A DNA stretch of 63,445 bases, counting the filler. It is 6 parts of 6 records of this genome, joined end to end, with 100 filler letters (N's around TTAATTAATTAA, not from the genome) between each part and the next. Parts side by side here need not be neighbours in the genome. Positions count along the whole stretch, not along the records: positions 1 to 6,876 come from SRR20825010_4166; positions 6,977 to 17,373 come from SRR20825010_4168; 4 more parts are not named here. One strand, 5' to 3'. Within the stretch, counting starts at the first letter, position 1. Every line of letters starts with the position of its first letter. The notes beneath the pieces were generated by a model that worked only from the letters and a program-made list of their open reading frames with translations, made no database searches and was not told where the DNA came from. The position numbers and the translations under genes are program-made. Shown piece by piece: positions 1 through 8,979 of this stretch.

Positions 1-27
1 CCCCCATGGATGGGTTCACGGCGTGTC
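1..27 (-). repeat. Probable partial copy of an interspersed REP/MITE-like repeat at the window edge
   Basis: The reverse complement reads GACACGCCGTGAACCCATCCATGGGGG, which I recall as a multicopy intergenic element in Marinobacter and some other Gammaproteobacteria. Only one copy is in this window, so copy number is unverified. Confidence 0.4.
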
Positions 28-221
28 TGGCGAAGGCCTGTCCACTCCTCACCATAGCTCAGCGGCTAACAGGCTGGGGCCAAGATTACCGGCCAACCTC
101 AGGTGCGACTATGGCAAGAACGTCCATCACCAATGGCAAACCGGTCACTTCAGGCCACTGCCCAAACCTGCCAACCATTGGTATCATTCAGCCATCTTAA
201 AAAACCAACAACAGGACCACC

Positions 222-1118
222 ATGCTCAGCTTCCTGCCAGCTCCCGTTATCGGCGTCATCAGTTCCATCCTCCTGGGGCTGAATACCCTGTTCTGGTGCC
301 TGCTTCTCTACATCCCGGCGATATTGAAGCTGATCATTCCCCACACCGGTTTCCGGGTACTGTGCACCAAAGTCATCATCTGGATCGCCGAAGCCTGGGT
401 TGCCTGCAACACCGGCTGGATGAAACTCACCCAAGGCACGGAATGGACCGTCCACGGCGACGAAAAGCTCAAGCGGGAAAGCTGGTACCTGGTGTTGAGC
501 AACCATCAAAGCTGGGTCGACATCTTCGCCATGCAGCGGGTGTTCAACCACCGTGCACCGTTTCTGAAGTTCTTCCTCAAGCAACAACTGATCTGGGTGC
601 CGGTCATAGGGTTGGCCTGGTGGGGGCTGGATTTCCCGTTTATGAAACGCTACACCCGTGAGTACCTGATCAAGCACCCTGAAAAGCGCGGTGAAGATCT
701 TAAAGCGACCCGTACGGCCTGTGAGAAGTTCCGCTACACCCCGGTGAGCGTGATGAATTTCGTTGAAGGCACGCGCTTTACCCAGGCCAAACACGACAAG
801 CAGAAATCAAAATACACCCACCTGCTGACGCCCAAGGCCGGTGGCGTGGCCTTTGTGCTGGATGCCATGGGCGACTCCATCGAAACACTGGTGGATGTCA
901 CGATTGCCTATCCAGGGGGCGCTCCAACGTTCTGGGATTTCATGTGTGGAAGGGTGAGTAAAGTCGGCATGGAGATCGACACAGTTACCATCCCGGCGCA
1001 CCTGAAGGGCCGGGATTACGCGACGGATGCCGAGCATCGCAAAAACGTGAAAAACTGGCTGGCGGAACAGTGGCGGGCGAAGGACGAGCGTCTGTCGAGG
1101 ATGCTTGAGCAGGGCTAA
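222..1118 (+). CDS. yihG: PlsC-family (YihG-like) acyltransferase
   Basis: NHQSWVDI (HxxxxD) and FVEGTRF motifs, hydrophobic N-terminus, AGGA upstream of the ATG. Confidence 0.85.
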   Translation: MLSFLPAPVIGVISSILLGLNTLFWCLLLYIPAILKLIIPHTGFRVLCTKVIIWIAEAWVACNTGWMKLTQGTEWTVHGDEKLKRESWYLVLSNHQSWVDIFAMQRVFNHRAPFLKFFLKQQLIWVPVIGLAWWGLDFPFMKRYTREYLIKHPEKRGEDLKATRTACEKFRYTPVSVMNFVEGTRFTQAKHDKQKSKYTHLLTPKAGGVAFVLDAMGDSIETLVDVTIAYPGGAPTFWDFMCGRVSKVGMEIDTVTIPAHLKGRDYATDAEHRKNVKNWLAEQWRAKDERLSRMLEQG

Positions 1119-1321
1119 TTGCTGCCTTCGTCATCTTCGATTTCGTCCGGGTGCTCTTTCTTGTAGCGCTCCCACTCTTCCCAGTCATGGGGTGTGCCAG
1201 CATGAGGGCGCTTCAAGTGCTTTGCGTGTTCCATCGCATTGTGGCGCAGGCTGTGGTCGCGCTCCTCTTCTTCCTCTTCGAAGCCGTACTTCTTCAGGAA
1301 CTCGGTTGGGCTGATAGGCAT
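1115..1321 (-). CDS. 68-aa acidic, His-containing hypothetical protein
   Basis: GGAGGTGA Shine-Dalgarno just upstream of the ATG. Fills the gap between rnb and the acyltransferase, with overlapping convergent stops. Confidence 0.8.
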   Translation of the reverse strand: MPISPTEFLKKYGFEEEEEERDHSLRHNAMEHAKHLKRPHAGTPHDWEEWERYKKEHPDEIEDDEGSN

Positions 1322-1388
1322 CCGGATTCACCTCCGTAACGAATAAGTGCCCGCTTATTCACTAAGATGGCGCTCCGGAGCCAGATTT

Positions 1389-3377
1389 TCAAGCCTCGTC
1401 GGTGTTCGCGGGCTCACGGCCTTCAGTCGGCGCATCCACCAGATTGAACTGGATCTGTTTTCTTTCGTCGTCGACGCCGGAGAAGGTCACAGTCACGGGT
1501 TGTTCCAACTGGAACGTACGGCCGTTTTTGTTGTGAATCAAGCGCAACGTAACGGGATCGAAGCTGAACTTACCTTCAAGTGTCTTGCAGCTCACGAACC
1601 CTTCCAGGCCGTTGGCGTCCAGCCGTACAAAGAACCCAGCAGGCGTTGTGCGGCTGATCACGCCAGTCATCGAGTCCTCGCCAAGGGTTTTCGCAAAATC
1701 GCTCTTGAGCCAGTTCTCAAGGCTGTTGGCAGCCTGACGGGCGCGGATCTGGGTCTGTTGCAGTTCGGCCAGTTGGTCATCGTTGAGCTCGTTCAGCGAT
1801 TCCTGCCACAGGATCGACTTGATCAGCCGATGCACGTGGAAGTCGCTGAACTTGCGAAGTGGCGACGTGAACGTGGTGTAGGCGGCCAGCCCCATGCCCT
1901 GATGGGGGGCGGGCGTGAACGACAGCTCGGCGCGGGCAAGCTGGCGGGAAATGATGGCTTTGACAGGAACCTCTGCGTCCAGCCCGTCGGTCTGCTTCAT
2001 CAGGTCGCGAAAGCCTGCGGCGCTGGTGGCGTCGATATCGGCGAGCTGTGGGGCATAGCCTTCCAGCAAGGCGCGGACGTTGTCGGTGCGGTCGTCCCGC
2101 AAACCGGGATGCTGGATAAACAGCCCTTTGTCACGTTGCCCCAGGAAGTCGGCCGCGCAGCGGTTGGCGGCGATCATGCATTCTTCCACCAGGCGATGGG
2201 CCTCGTTCTGAACGGAGGGCTCGATCAGCCGTATCCTGCGATTCTCGTCCAGGCGCAGCCGGAATTCGGGGCGGTCACCGTTCACCAGTGCGTGCTCGTT
2301 TCGCCATTTGCGCAGAGCGGTGGCGATCTGGTGGAGCTGGTCGAGGCTGTTGGAAACGGTATCCGGAAGCGCCTTGATATCGTCGTCTTCCCGGCCTTCG
2401 ATCAGGTTGGAGACCAGTTCATAACTGAGTTTGCCGTGGGAGCGAATCACTGCCTGATGAAATTGATAGTCGCCGAGGCTGCCATCGTTGTTCACCTGAA
2501 GGTCGCAGACCAGTGCCAAGCGCTTGGTGTCCGGCATTAACGAACACAGGCGGGTACTGAGGGTATCCGGCAGCATGGGCAGTGGTTCGCCGGGAAAATA
2601 GATGGCGGTGGCGCGGCGAAAGGCCTCCTGCTCGGCAGGGCTGCCCGGCTCGATAACAGCCGTCGGGTCAGCAATGGCAATGGACAGTTTCCAGCCAGTG
2701 GCGTTGGGCTCTGCCAGCAGGGCATCGTCCATGTCCTGGGTGCCGGGGCTGTCGATGGTCACATAGGGCTGGTCGGTGCGATCGTCCCGGCCTTCGCTTT
2801 TTGCGTCAACGGTTGATTCATCCAGCGCACTGGCCTGTTTCTGCACGGCGTCGGGCCAGGTGTCTGGCAGGTGGAAGGTGGCAACGGTGAGTGCGCGTTC
2901 GATGCCGGTATCACCGGCTTTGCCGAGGACCTTCAGGATCTTTGCCTGGCCTTTGCCATCCTTGATCGGATGTTTGTGAATCTGGCAGTAGATGTAATCG
3001 TCGGGCTCGGCACCCTGGCGTTCTTTCGGCGGTATGAAGATCCAGCGGTTGATGCCGGGGGTTTCCGGCACCACGAAGTGGCCTTTACCTTTCACCAGAT
3101 AGCGACCAACGAACGTGTCCAGACTGGTGTCCAGCAGTTCGTCGATCATGCCCTGGGTCTTGCCTTTGTCACCCTCTTCCTCGGTGATCTTGACGCGGTC
3201 ACCGGGCAGCACTTTCTGCATTTCTTCCGGTGGCAGGAAGACGTCTCGCCCCTCATCCAGCGCAACAAAGCCGAAACGCCCATTGGTGGCTTTGACGGTA
3301 CCCGGAAAGACAACCTTGTTTTCCTCGATATTGGTTTTCAGCTGGCGCAACTGGCTGAGGGCGTCGGCATTGAGCAT
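1389..3377 (-). CDS. rnb: Exoribonuclease II (RNB family)
   Basis: N-terminal CSD (GTVKATNGRFGFV), catalytic TIDSPGTQDMDDAL, FTSPLRKFSD and a C-terminal S1 domain. The N-terminus resembles RNase II more than RNase R. Confidence 0.88.
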   Translation of the reverse strand: MLNADALSQLRQLKTNIEENKVVFPGTVKATNGRFGFVALDEGRDVFLPPEEMQKVLPGDRVKITEEEGDKGKTQGMIDELLDTSLDTFVGRYLVKGKGHFVVPETPGINRWIFIPPKERQGAEPDDYIYCQIHKHPIKDGKGQAKILKVLGKAGDTGIERALTVATFHLPDTWPDAVQKQASALDESTVDAKSEGRDDRTDQPYVTIDSPGTQDMDDALLAEPNATGWKLSIAIADPTAVIEPGSPAEQEAFRRATAIYFPGEPLPMLPDTLSTRLCSLMPDTKRLALVCDLQVNNDGSLGDYQFHQAVIRSHGKLSYELVSNLIEGREDDDIKALPDTVSNSLDQLHQIATALRKWRNEHALVNGDRPEFRLRLDENRRIRLIEPSVQNEAHRLVEECMIAANRCAADFLGQRDKGLFIQHPGLRDDRTDNVRALLEGYAPQLADIDATSAAGFRDLMKQTDGLDAEVPVKAIISRQLARAELSFTPAPHQGMGLAAYTTFTSPLRKFSDFHVHRLIKSILWQESLNELNDDQLAELQQTQIRARQAANSLENWLKSDFAKTLGEDSMTGVISRTTPAGFFVRLDANGLEGFVSCKTLEGKFSFDPVTLRLIHNKNGRTFQLEQPVTVTFSGVDDERKQIQFNLVDAPTEGREPANTDEA

Positions 3378-3452
3378 GAACAGAACCTGGCTGGATAAAA
3401 TTTGAGTGTCGCTGCGGAGTATACCGGTTATGGCGGTATGAGTCAGACCATG

Positions 3453-5171
3453 TTACGCGGGGTTAATTTCCTGGCCTGATCCATCCGTGATAAGCACTTT
3501 GTTCCGCCCCTGCTGTTTCACACGGTAAAGCGCCTGATCGGCCTGTCGCAGAATGGTGTCAACGTCGTCACCGGGTTGGCAGAGGTACCCGCCCACGCTA
3601 ACGGTCACCGGCGTGCCGGTGCGAATGCTGTCCCTTTCGATGGTTTCGCGTATCCGCGCGGCAATCTGGCACAGCGTATCTTCATCGCAGGGCGAGAGCA
3701 CCACCACGAATTCGTCGCCGCCCCAGCGGCCGGGGTGGTCGTAGGGCCGCACGCCGGCCTTGAGCCACAGTGCCACGCGGCAGAGAATGTCGTCACCGGC
3801 CTGATGGCCAAGCTCGTCGTTGATGGCCTTGAAGTGGTCAATGTCCAGCCAGATCAGACCAAAGCCCGTGTTCTGTCGTTTTGCCCGCTGTATTTCTTCA
3901 TCCAGGGCTTCGTCCAGACCACGGCGGTTCTTCAGCCCGGTAAGGGCGTCAACACGCGCCAGCCTGTTCAGCTCGTCAGTACGTTGCGCAACCTTCCGTT
4001 CCAGTTCGCGGGTTGAATGCTCGAGGGTGTCGGTCATTGTCTCGAAATGACTGGCAAGCCGGCCGATCTCGTTGTCCGGTTTTTCCAGGTGCGGAAGCGC
4101 AAAGCTGCCACCCCGAACCTTCTCAACCGCACTCTCAAGGCTGACGAGGGGTTTGAGGATGCGCGAACGGATGATCAGATGGAACAGGATCAGGGTGACC
4201 AGCAAACTGGTCAGGAACACGGCAACCAGAGGCCATAGGTAACTGCGGGGCAGGAGCGTTTCAAGATCCAGCAGGGTGATCTCGAACCAGCCGATGGCAG
4301 GCAGGAAGGCCACGCCAGCCAGGTGTTTTCGACCGTCCACGGTCACAAAGCTGCTCTCCACGGCACCGGTGGCGCCGCCCCGGTTTTTCAGAAGTTGCAG
4401 CATGCCGAGCACCTTCTGCTTGTCTTCCGGGTTATCAAACAGCAGGTCGACGGTGCTTTTCTGGCCTTCGGGTTTGATGATGCTGGCAAAGTCGATGTAG
4501 TTGCGGTCGCGGTAGAGCTGTATCGCGCCGTTGTAGTCCACGAACAGGGTGGTGATCCCCTCCTGGTCAATATCCACGATATCCTGCAGGAACGCGTCCA
4601 GGTCCAGGCCGGTACCGACCATGCCGACGATGCGATCTTCCTCATCCCGCATTAGCACGTCGATCCAGAGTTTGGTCACACCGAGCTCGGTATCGGGGTT
4701 TACGTTCAGATGAAAGTTGCGGCCTTCCTCAATCAGTTGGAAAAACCAGGCATCTTCGGGTTTTTCGGGGTCCAGGATGTAGCGGAACTGATCATTCGCA
4801 AATTCGTTGTTGGCATTGTTGTAGTAGTAGCGGCGGGAATCACGGAGGGCGACGAAATAACTGTTGTCGCGGAAATTGCTCCGGAAGCTTTCCATTTCGC
4901 GTATGGCGTCGCTTTGTAACGCCTTATCTTCCGGTGAGGTAGCCCAGTTGACCAGCGTGGAGGAGTCGGCCATCTGGCGGGCGAGCCCGATTTCCCGTTC
5001 CAGGGATTGCAGCAGGCGGGCGCTGTCATAGCGCACCTGTATTTCGGCAACCTGCTGCCCCCAGCGCTCGATGATGTCGTCTGAAAGCTCACGATACGCG
5101 AGCCAGGAGGCGACTGAGGCGATGATCATCAGAGCCGCTGCCAGGCCCAGTAGTCGGGTTTTCAGGCTCAA
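3453..5171 (-). CDS. Membrane diguanylate cyclase (periplasmic Cache-like sensor, HAMP, GGDEF)
   Basis: Two TM segments, HAMP (NEIGRLASHFETM), DALTGLKNRR, intact GGDEF and an RxxD I-site (RPYD). TTG start. Confidence 0.92.
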   Translation of the reverse strand: MSLKTRLLGLAAALMIIASVASWLAYRELSDDIIERWGQQVAEIQVRYDSARLLQSLEREIGLARQMADSSTLVNWATSPEDKALQSDAIREMESFRSNFRDNSYFVALRDSRRYYYNNANNEFANDQFRYILDPEKPEDAWFFQLIEEGRNFHLNVNPDTELGVTKLWIDVLMRDEEDRIVGMVGTGLDLDAFLQDIVDIDQEGITTLFVDYNGAIQLYRDRNYIDFASIIKPEGQKSTVDLLFDNPEDKQKVLGMLQLLKNRGGATGAVESSFVTVDGRKHLAGVAFLPAIGWFEITLLDLETLLPRSYLWPLVAVFLTSLLVTLILFHLIIRSRILKPLVSLESAVEKVRGGSFALPHLEKPDNEIGRLASHFETMTDTLEHSTRELERKVAQRTDELNRLARVDALTGLKNRRGLDEALDEEIQRAKRQNTGFGLIWLDIDHFKAINDELGHQAGDDILCRVALWLKAGVRPYDHPGRWGGDEFVVVLSPCDEDTLCQIAARIRETIERDSIRTGTPVTVSVGGYLCQPGDDVDTILRQADQALYRVKQQGRNKVLITDGSGQEINPA

Positions 5172-5245
5172 AAGCTTTCCTTATGCACAGTCTGGATCTA
5201 TCTGGAAGGTATGATAGAGCAGGCATGGCAAAGTGTGTAGGAAAA

Positions 5246-5695
5246 CTAGTTGTGTTCTGCGAAGACTTTGGTCTGGCCGCTGTCGTTGAACATCAATACC
5301 TGATAGTGGTCCTTGCGATCCCCAACTTCCATGCCGGGTGAGCCAGCCGGCATGCCGGGCACCGACAGACCCTTTGCTTTCGGGGCCTGGGCGATCAACC
5401 GGTGAATGTCGTTGGCGGGCACATGACCTTCAATCACATAGTCGCCAACAAACGCGGTGTGGCAACTGGCGAGTGACGGTGTCAGGCCGGCGTCGATCTT
5501 TATCGGGTTCAAGTCATTGGTTTCAGTGACTTCCACCTTGAAACCGTTTTCCTTCAGGTGGTCCACCCAATCCGTGCAGCAGCCGCAGGTCGGTGACTTG
5601 TAGACATGGATGTCTTTCAGCCCGTCTTCGGCCTGTAACTGACCGTTCAAGCCGACGGTTGCGACGAGGCCAAGGGCCAACAGTTGTTTTTTCAT
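5246..5695 (-). CDS. DUF411 / CopG-like periplasmic metal-binding protein
   Basis: Signal peptide plus YKSPTCGCC, SCHTA, IEGHVP and PGMPAGSPGME motifs. Downstream of copA. Confidence 0.9.
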   Translation of the reverse strand: MKKQLLALGLVATVGLNGQLQAEDGLKDIHVYKSPTCGCCTDWVDHLKENGFKVEVTETNDLNPIKIDAGLTPSLASCHTAFVGDYVIEGHVPANDIHRLIAQAPKAKGLSVPGMPAGSPGMEVGDRKDHYQVLMFNDSGQTKVFAEHN

Positions 5696-5704
5696 GATGT
5701 TACC

Positions 5705-5824
5705 TCAATGATGATGGCTGTGATCGTGGTTTGGTTCTCCGTCGCCAGAGGGTGACAACCAGAACCACCAGACGATGGCGGCCATCAGGATCAGTCCTCC
5801 GGCATTGACCAGAAGTGCGTTCAT
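5705..5824 (-). CDS. 39-aa single-pass membrane peptide with His-rich tail (not in ORF track)
   Basis: Translates as MNALLVNAGGLILMAAIVWWFWLSPSGDGEPNHDHSHHH*. ATGA overlap with the copA stop and AAGGAGG RBS. Its stop overlaps the GAGG RBS of the DUF411 gene. Confidence 0.85.
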   Translation of the reverse strand: MNALLVNAGGLILMAAIVWWFWLSPSGDGEPNHDHSHHH

Positions 5825-6876
5825 TGGTTCCCCTCCTTGCCTGCGTTACGGGTGGTTTTGAACAGTCGCAGCCGGTTGGCGTTGGTAACGACCGTGACCG
5901 AGGACAGCGACATCGCGGCGCCGGCCAGTATCGGGCTCATCAGAATCCCCCACAGTGGGTAAAGCAGTCCGGCCGCGACGGGTATGCCCAACGAATTGTA
6001 GGCAAAGGCGCCGAACAGGTTCTGATGGATGTTGCGTACCGTGGCCCGGGATATCTCAATGGCGTCGGCAACGCCGTGGAGAGAGCCCCGCATCAGCGTA
6101 ATACCGGCGCTTTCAATGGCGACATCGGTGCCGGTGCCAATGGCAAAGCCAACGTCCGCCGCTGCAAGGGCAGGCGCATCGTTGATGCCGTCGCCTACCA
6201 TTGCCACGGTATAACCTTTGCCCCGCATCTCGCTGACGATGGTGGCCTTGTCTTCCGGCAGAACTTCAGCGCGGTAATCGTCGATCCCGGTTTTCTCGGC
6301 AATGGCCCTGGCGGTGCCGTCGACGTCGCCAGTCACCATCATCACCCGGATGCCGGCGTCGTGCAGTCGCCGTATGGCGGCTTCCGAATCCTGTTTCACC
6401 GCATCGGCGACGCCGACCACTCCCAGCGCCTGATTGCCCAGGGCCAGGAACAGTGGGGTTCCGGCCTCGGCGGTGATGGCATTGGCCTCCTCCTGCAGTT
6501 CGGCCAGATCAATGTTCTCGCTCTCCAGCCAGCGGCGGTTGCCCAGGCGCGCGGTTTGTCCATCCAGCTCGCCCTGCACGCCTTTGCCGTTGAGGGCTTC
6601 GAAGCGGGTGACATTGTCCGGCGTTGCCCCTTGGTCCTTCGCCTTCGCCATAATGGCTTCGGCCAACGGGTGCTCCGAGTGTTGTTCCAGACCGGCGGCC
6701 AGGGCCAGCAACCTGCGGGTATCGCCGTCGGTGGCATGAAAACGGGTGACGGCCGGGTGCCCCTCGGTAATGGTGCCAGTCTTGTCCAGGATCACCAGAT
6801 CCAGCTTGCCGGCCGTCTGCAGGGCGTCCCCCTGGCGAATCAGTGCGCCGTATTCGGCCGCCTTGCCGACGCCCAC
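5821..6876 (-). CDS. copA: Cu(I)-translocating P1B-type ATPase, C-terminal part (5' end cut by contig edge)
   Basis: DKTGTIT, SEHPL, GDGINDAPAL, and the P1B-1 signatures YN (AYNSLGIP) and MxxSS (MSLSS). Confidence 0.93.
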   Translation of the reverse strand: MGVGKAAEYGALIRQGDALQTAGKLDLVILDKTGTITEGHPAVTRFHATDGDTRRLLALAAGLEQHSEHPLAEAIMAKAKDQGATPDNVTRFEALNGKGVQGELDGQTARLGNRRWLESENIDLAELQEEANAITAEAGTPLFLALGNQALGVVGVADAVKQDSEAAIRRLHDAGIRVMMVTGDVDGTARAIAEKTGIDDYRAEVLPEDKATIVSEMRGKGYTVAMVGDGINDAPALAAADVGFAIGTGTDVAIESAGITLMRGSLHGVADAIEISRATVRNIHQNLFGAFAYNSLGIPVAAGLLYPLWGILMSPILAGAAMSLSSVTVVTNANRLRLFKTTRNAGKEGNQ

Positions 6877-6976
6877 NNNNNNNNNNNNNNNNNNNNNNNN
6901 NNNNNNNNNNNNNNNNNNNNTTAATTAATTAANNNNNNNNNNNNNNNNNNNNNNNNNNNNNNNNNNNNNNNNNNNN
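6877..6976. other. Artificial contig linker
   Basis: 44 N + TTAATTAATTAA (stops in all six frames) + 44 N. Composition changes across it. Confidence 0.99.
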
Positions 6977-7032
6977 TTCCTGCACAGAGCGCGATCAGGG
7001 TACGGCCCATCGAAGCATTGCGAAATGAATAA
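6977..7032 (+). CDS. C-terminal fragment of a MacB/FtsX-type ABC permease
   Basis: Reads PAQSAIRVRPIEALRNE*, matching the C-terminus of the permease at 10204-11460 (PANRAVRIKPIDALREE). Confidence 0.8.
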
Positions 7033-7068
7033 TATTTAAAAGAATCAATCAATTAACAATTATAAAAA

Positions 7069-8169
7069 ATGAAAAAATCGGTAACCATTGTCATCTTGCT
7101 GCTCATCGTAATAGTGTTCGGTGGCTCCATGTACTACCTGTATCAGAAAAACGCCGAAGACCCAGTGGTCTATCAAACGGAGACACCATCCAAGCAAACC
7201 ATTGTGAAAAAGGCGGTGGCCACAGGGAGCATTCTTCCTTTGGAAGAAGTATTGATCAAACCCAATATCTCGGGCGTGATCGAGGAAATATATGTGGAAG
7301 GGGGCGATTACGTGAAATCGGGAGATCTTTTGGCAAAAATCAAGGTCGTGCCCAATCTTTCAGCACTTAACGATACGAAAAATGCAATCGATGAGGCCAA
7401 GATCAGTTTAGATGATCAAAAACGCAATTACGAACGCCAGTCCACGCTATATGGGAAGGGTGTCATATCCAAAACAGATCTGGAGCGTGCCGAAGTTTCC
7501 TATGATCAGGCAAAACAGGCATATGCAGCGGCCAATAAGCGTTACGATATTGTAAAAACCGGAACTACGAGCGGATTGAGCAGTTCGGCCAATACCATGA
7601 TAAGGGCCACCGTAAGCGGAATGGTGCTTGAGGTGCCTGTGGAGGTGGGCAATCAGGTAATCGAAAGCAATACCTTTAACGAGGGTACTACCATTGCCGC
7701 CATTGCCGATGTCGACAAAATGATATTCGAAGGAAAGGTGGATGAATCCGAAGTGGGAAGGATTAAAGAAGACCTTCCTTTGGAAATAACCGTTGGTGCC
7801 ATAGAGAATCGGGTTTTTGATGCCGTATTGGATTATATCGCCCCCAAGGGTAAAGAAGAGAACGGGGCCATTCAATTTGAGATCAAGGGAACCCTAAAAA
7901 AGAACGATACGGTCTTTATCAGGGCAGGTCTCAGTGCCAATGCATCCATTATTTTAGCAAGGGCCGATAGCGTTTTGGCAGTAAAGGAAGCATTGGTCCA
8001 GTTTGATGATGATAGCAAAAAACCGTTTGTAGAAGTGGAAACCGCTGATCAAAAGTTTGAAAGAAAGGATGTTGAATTAGGGGTGAGCGACGGCATTTTT
8101 GTAGAGGTAAAGTCAGGCATAGCGGCAACTGACAAGATAAAGGTGTGGAACGCCCTGGCCGAAGAATAG
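7069..8169 (+). CDS. Efflux periplasmic adaptor (MacA/HlyD family)
   Basis: N-terminal TM, lipoyl halves (VEGGDYVKSGDLL; IRATVSGMV) and a coiled coil. Confidence 0.92.
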   Translation: MKKSVTIVILLLIVIVFGGSMYYLYQKNAEDPVVYQTETPSKQTIVKKAVATGSILPLEEVLIKPNISGVIEEIYVEGGDYVKSGDLLAKIKVVPNLSALNDTKNAIDEAKISLDDQKRNYERQSTLYGKGVISKTDLERAEVSYDQAKQAYAAANKRYDIVKTGTTSGLSSSANTMIRATVSGMVLEVPVEVGNQVIESNTFNEGTTIAAIADVDKMIFEGKVDESEVGRIKEDLPLEITVGAIENRVFDAVLDYIAPKGKEENGAIQFEIKGTLKKNDTVFIRAGLSANASIILARADSVLAVKEALVQFDDDSKKPFVEVETADQKFERKDVELGVSDGIFVEVKSGIAATDKIKVWNALAEE

Positions 8170-8209
8170 TGCACAAAAAACACTGTTTGAAAAAAAAAGT
8201 AAAAAATCT

Positions 8210-8237
8210 TGTAACATTTTAACAACATCTATGTCTT
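8210..8237 (+). promoter_or_regulatory. Putative ECF-sigma promoter TGTAAC-N16-TGTCTT
   Basis: AAC / GTC elements with a 16-nt spacer in the 108-nt gap before the ABC ATPase. Resembles generic ECF promoters. Confidence 0.45.
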
Positions 8238-8277
8238 ACTAGCAGAAGTAAAAGTAAGATAGCTAACATCATCAATC

Positions 8278-8979
8278 ATGATAGAAATCAAAGACCTTCA
8301 TAAATCCTATAGAATGGGGACCAACTCCCTTCATGTTTTAAAGGGAATAAATTTTAAAGTAGAGGATGGCGAGCTTGTTGCCATAATGGGATCTTCCGGG
8401 TCTGGTAAATCCACCTTATTGAATATTTTGGGAATGTTGGACGGTGCTGATTCGGGTGAGTATACCCTGGATGGCGTTCCGATCAAAAATTTGAGCGAAA
8501 CCAAAGCTGCCCAATACCGAAATAAATTCTTGGGGTTCATCTTCCAATCCTTCAACTTGATCAACTACAAAAGTGCAGCAGAAAATGTGGCACTACCATT
8601 ATATTACCAAAAAGTACCAAGAAAGGAGCGCCAAGAAAAGGCCATGAAATATTTGGAAAGAGTGGGTCTAAAACCATGGGCCGATCACCTACCAAGTGAG
8701 CTTTCGGGTGGGCAAAAACAAAGGGTTGCCATAGCGCGGGCCATGGCAGCGGAACCCAAGGTGCTTTTGGCGGATGAGCCAACCGGTGCACTGGACAGTA
8801 AAACGTCCTATGAAGTAATGGACTTGATCCAAAAAATCAACGATGAAGGAAACACCATTTTGGTCGTGACCCACGAAGAGGACATTGCTCACATGTGCAA
8901 ACGAATCGTGCACCTAAAAGATGGTGTTATCGTAGAGGATAAAAAAGTGGAACAAGTAAGAGCGGAACAATATGTTTGA
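8278..8979 (+). CDS. ABC transporter ATP-binding protein (MacB/LolD type)
   Basis: [24 protein letters not shown] and H-loop VTH. Confidence 0.95.
   Translation: MIEIKDLHKSYRMGTNSLHVLKGINFKVEDGELVAIMGSSGSGKSTLLNILGMLDGADSGEYTLDGVPIKNLSETKAAQYRNKFLGFIFQSFNLINYKSAAENVALPLYYQKVPRKERQEKAMKYLERVGLKPWADHLPSELSGGQKQRVAIARAMAAEPKVLLADEPTGALDSKTSYEVMDLIQKINDEGNTILVVTHEEDIAHMCKRIVHLKDGVIVEDKKVEQVRAEQYV

Noticed and set aside
1347..2540. Long antisense or overlapping ORFs (1347-2540, 5815-6924, 19549-20445, 37487-38236, 42416-43945, 49825-50592 and others)
   Set aside because: They are shadows of well-supported genes on the other strand and have no recognisable motifs or RBS.
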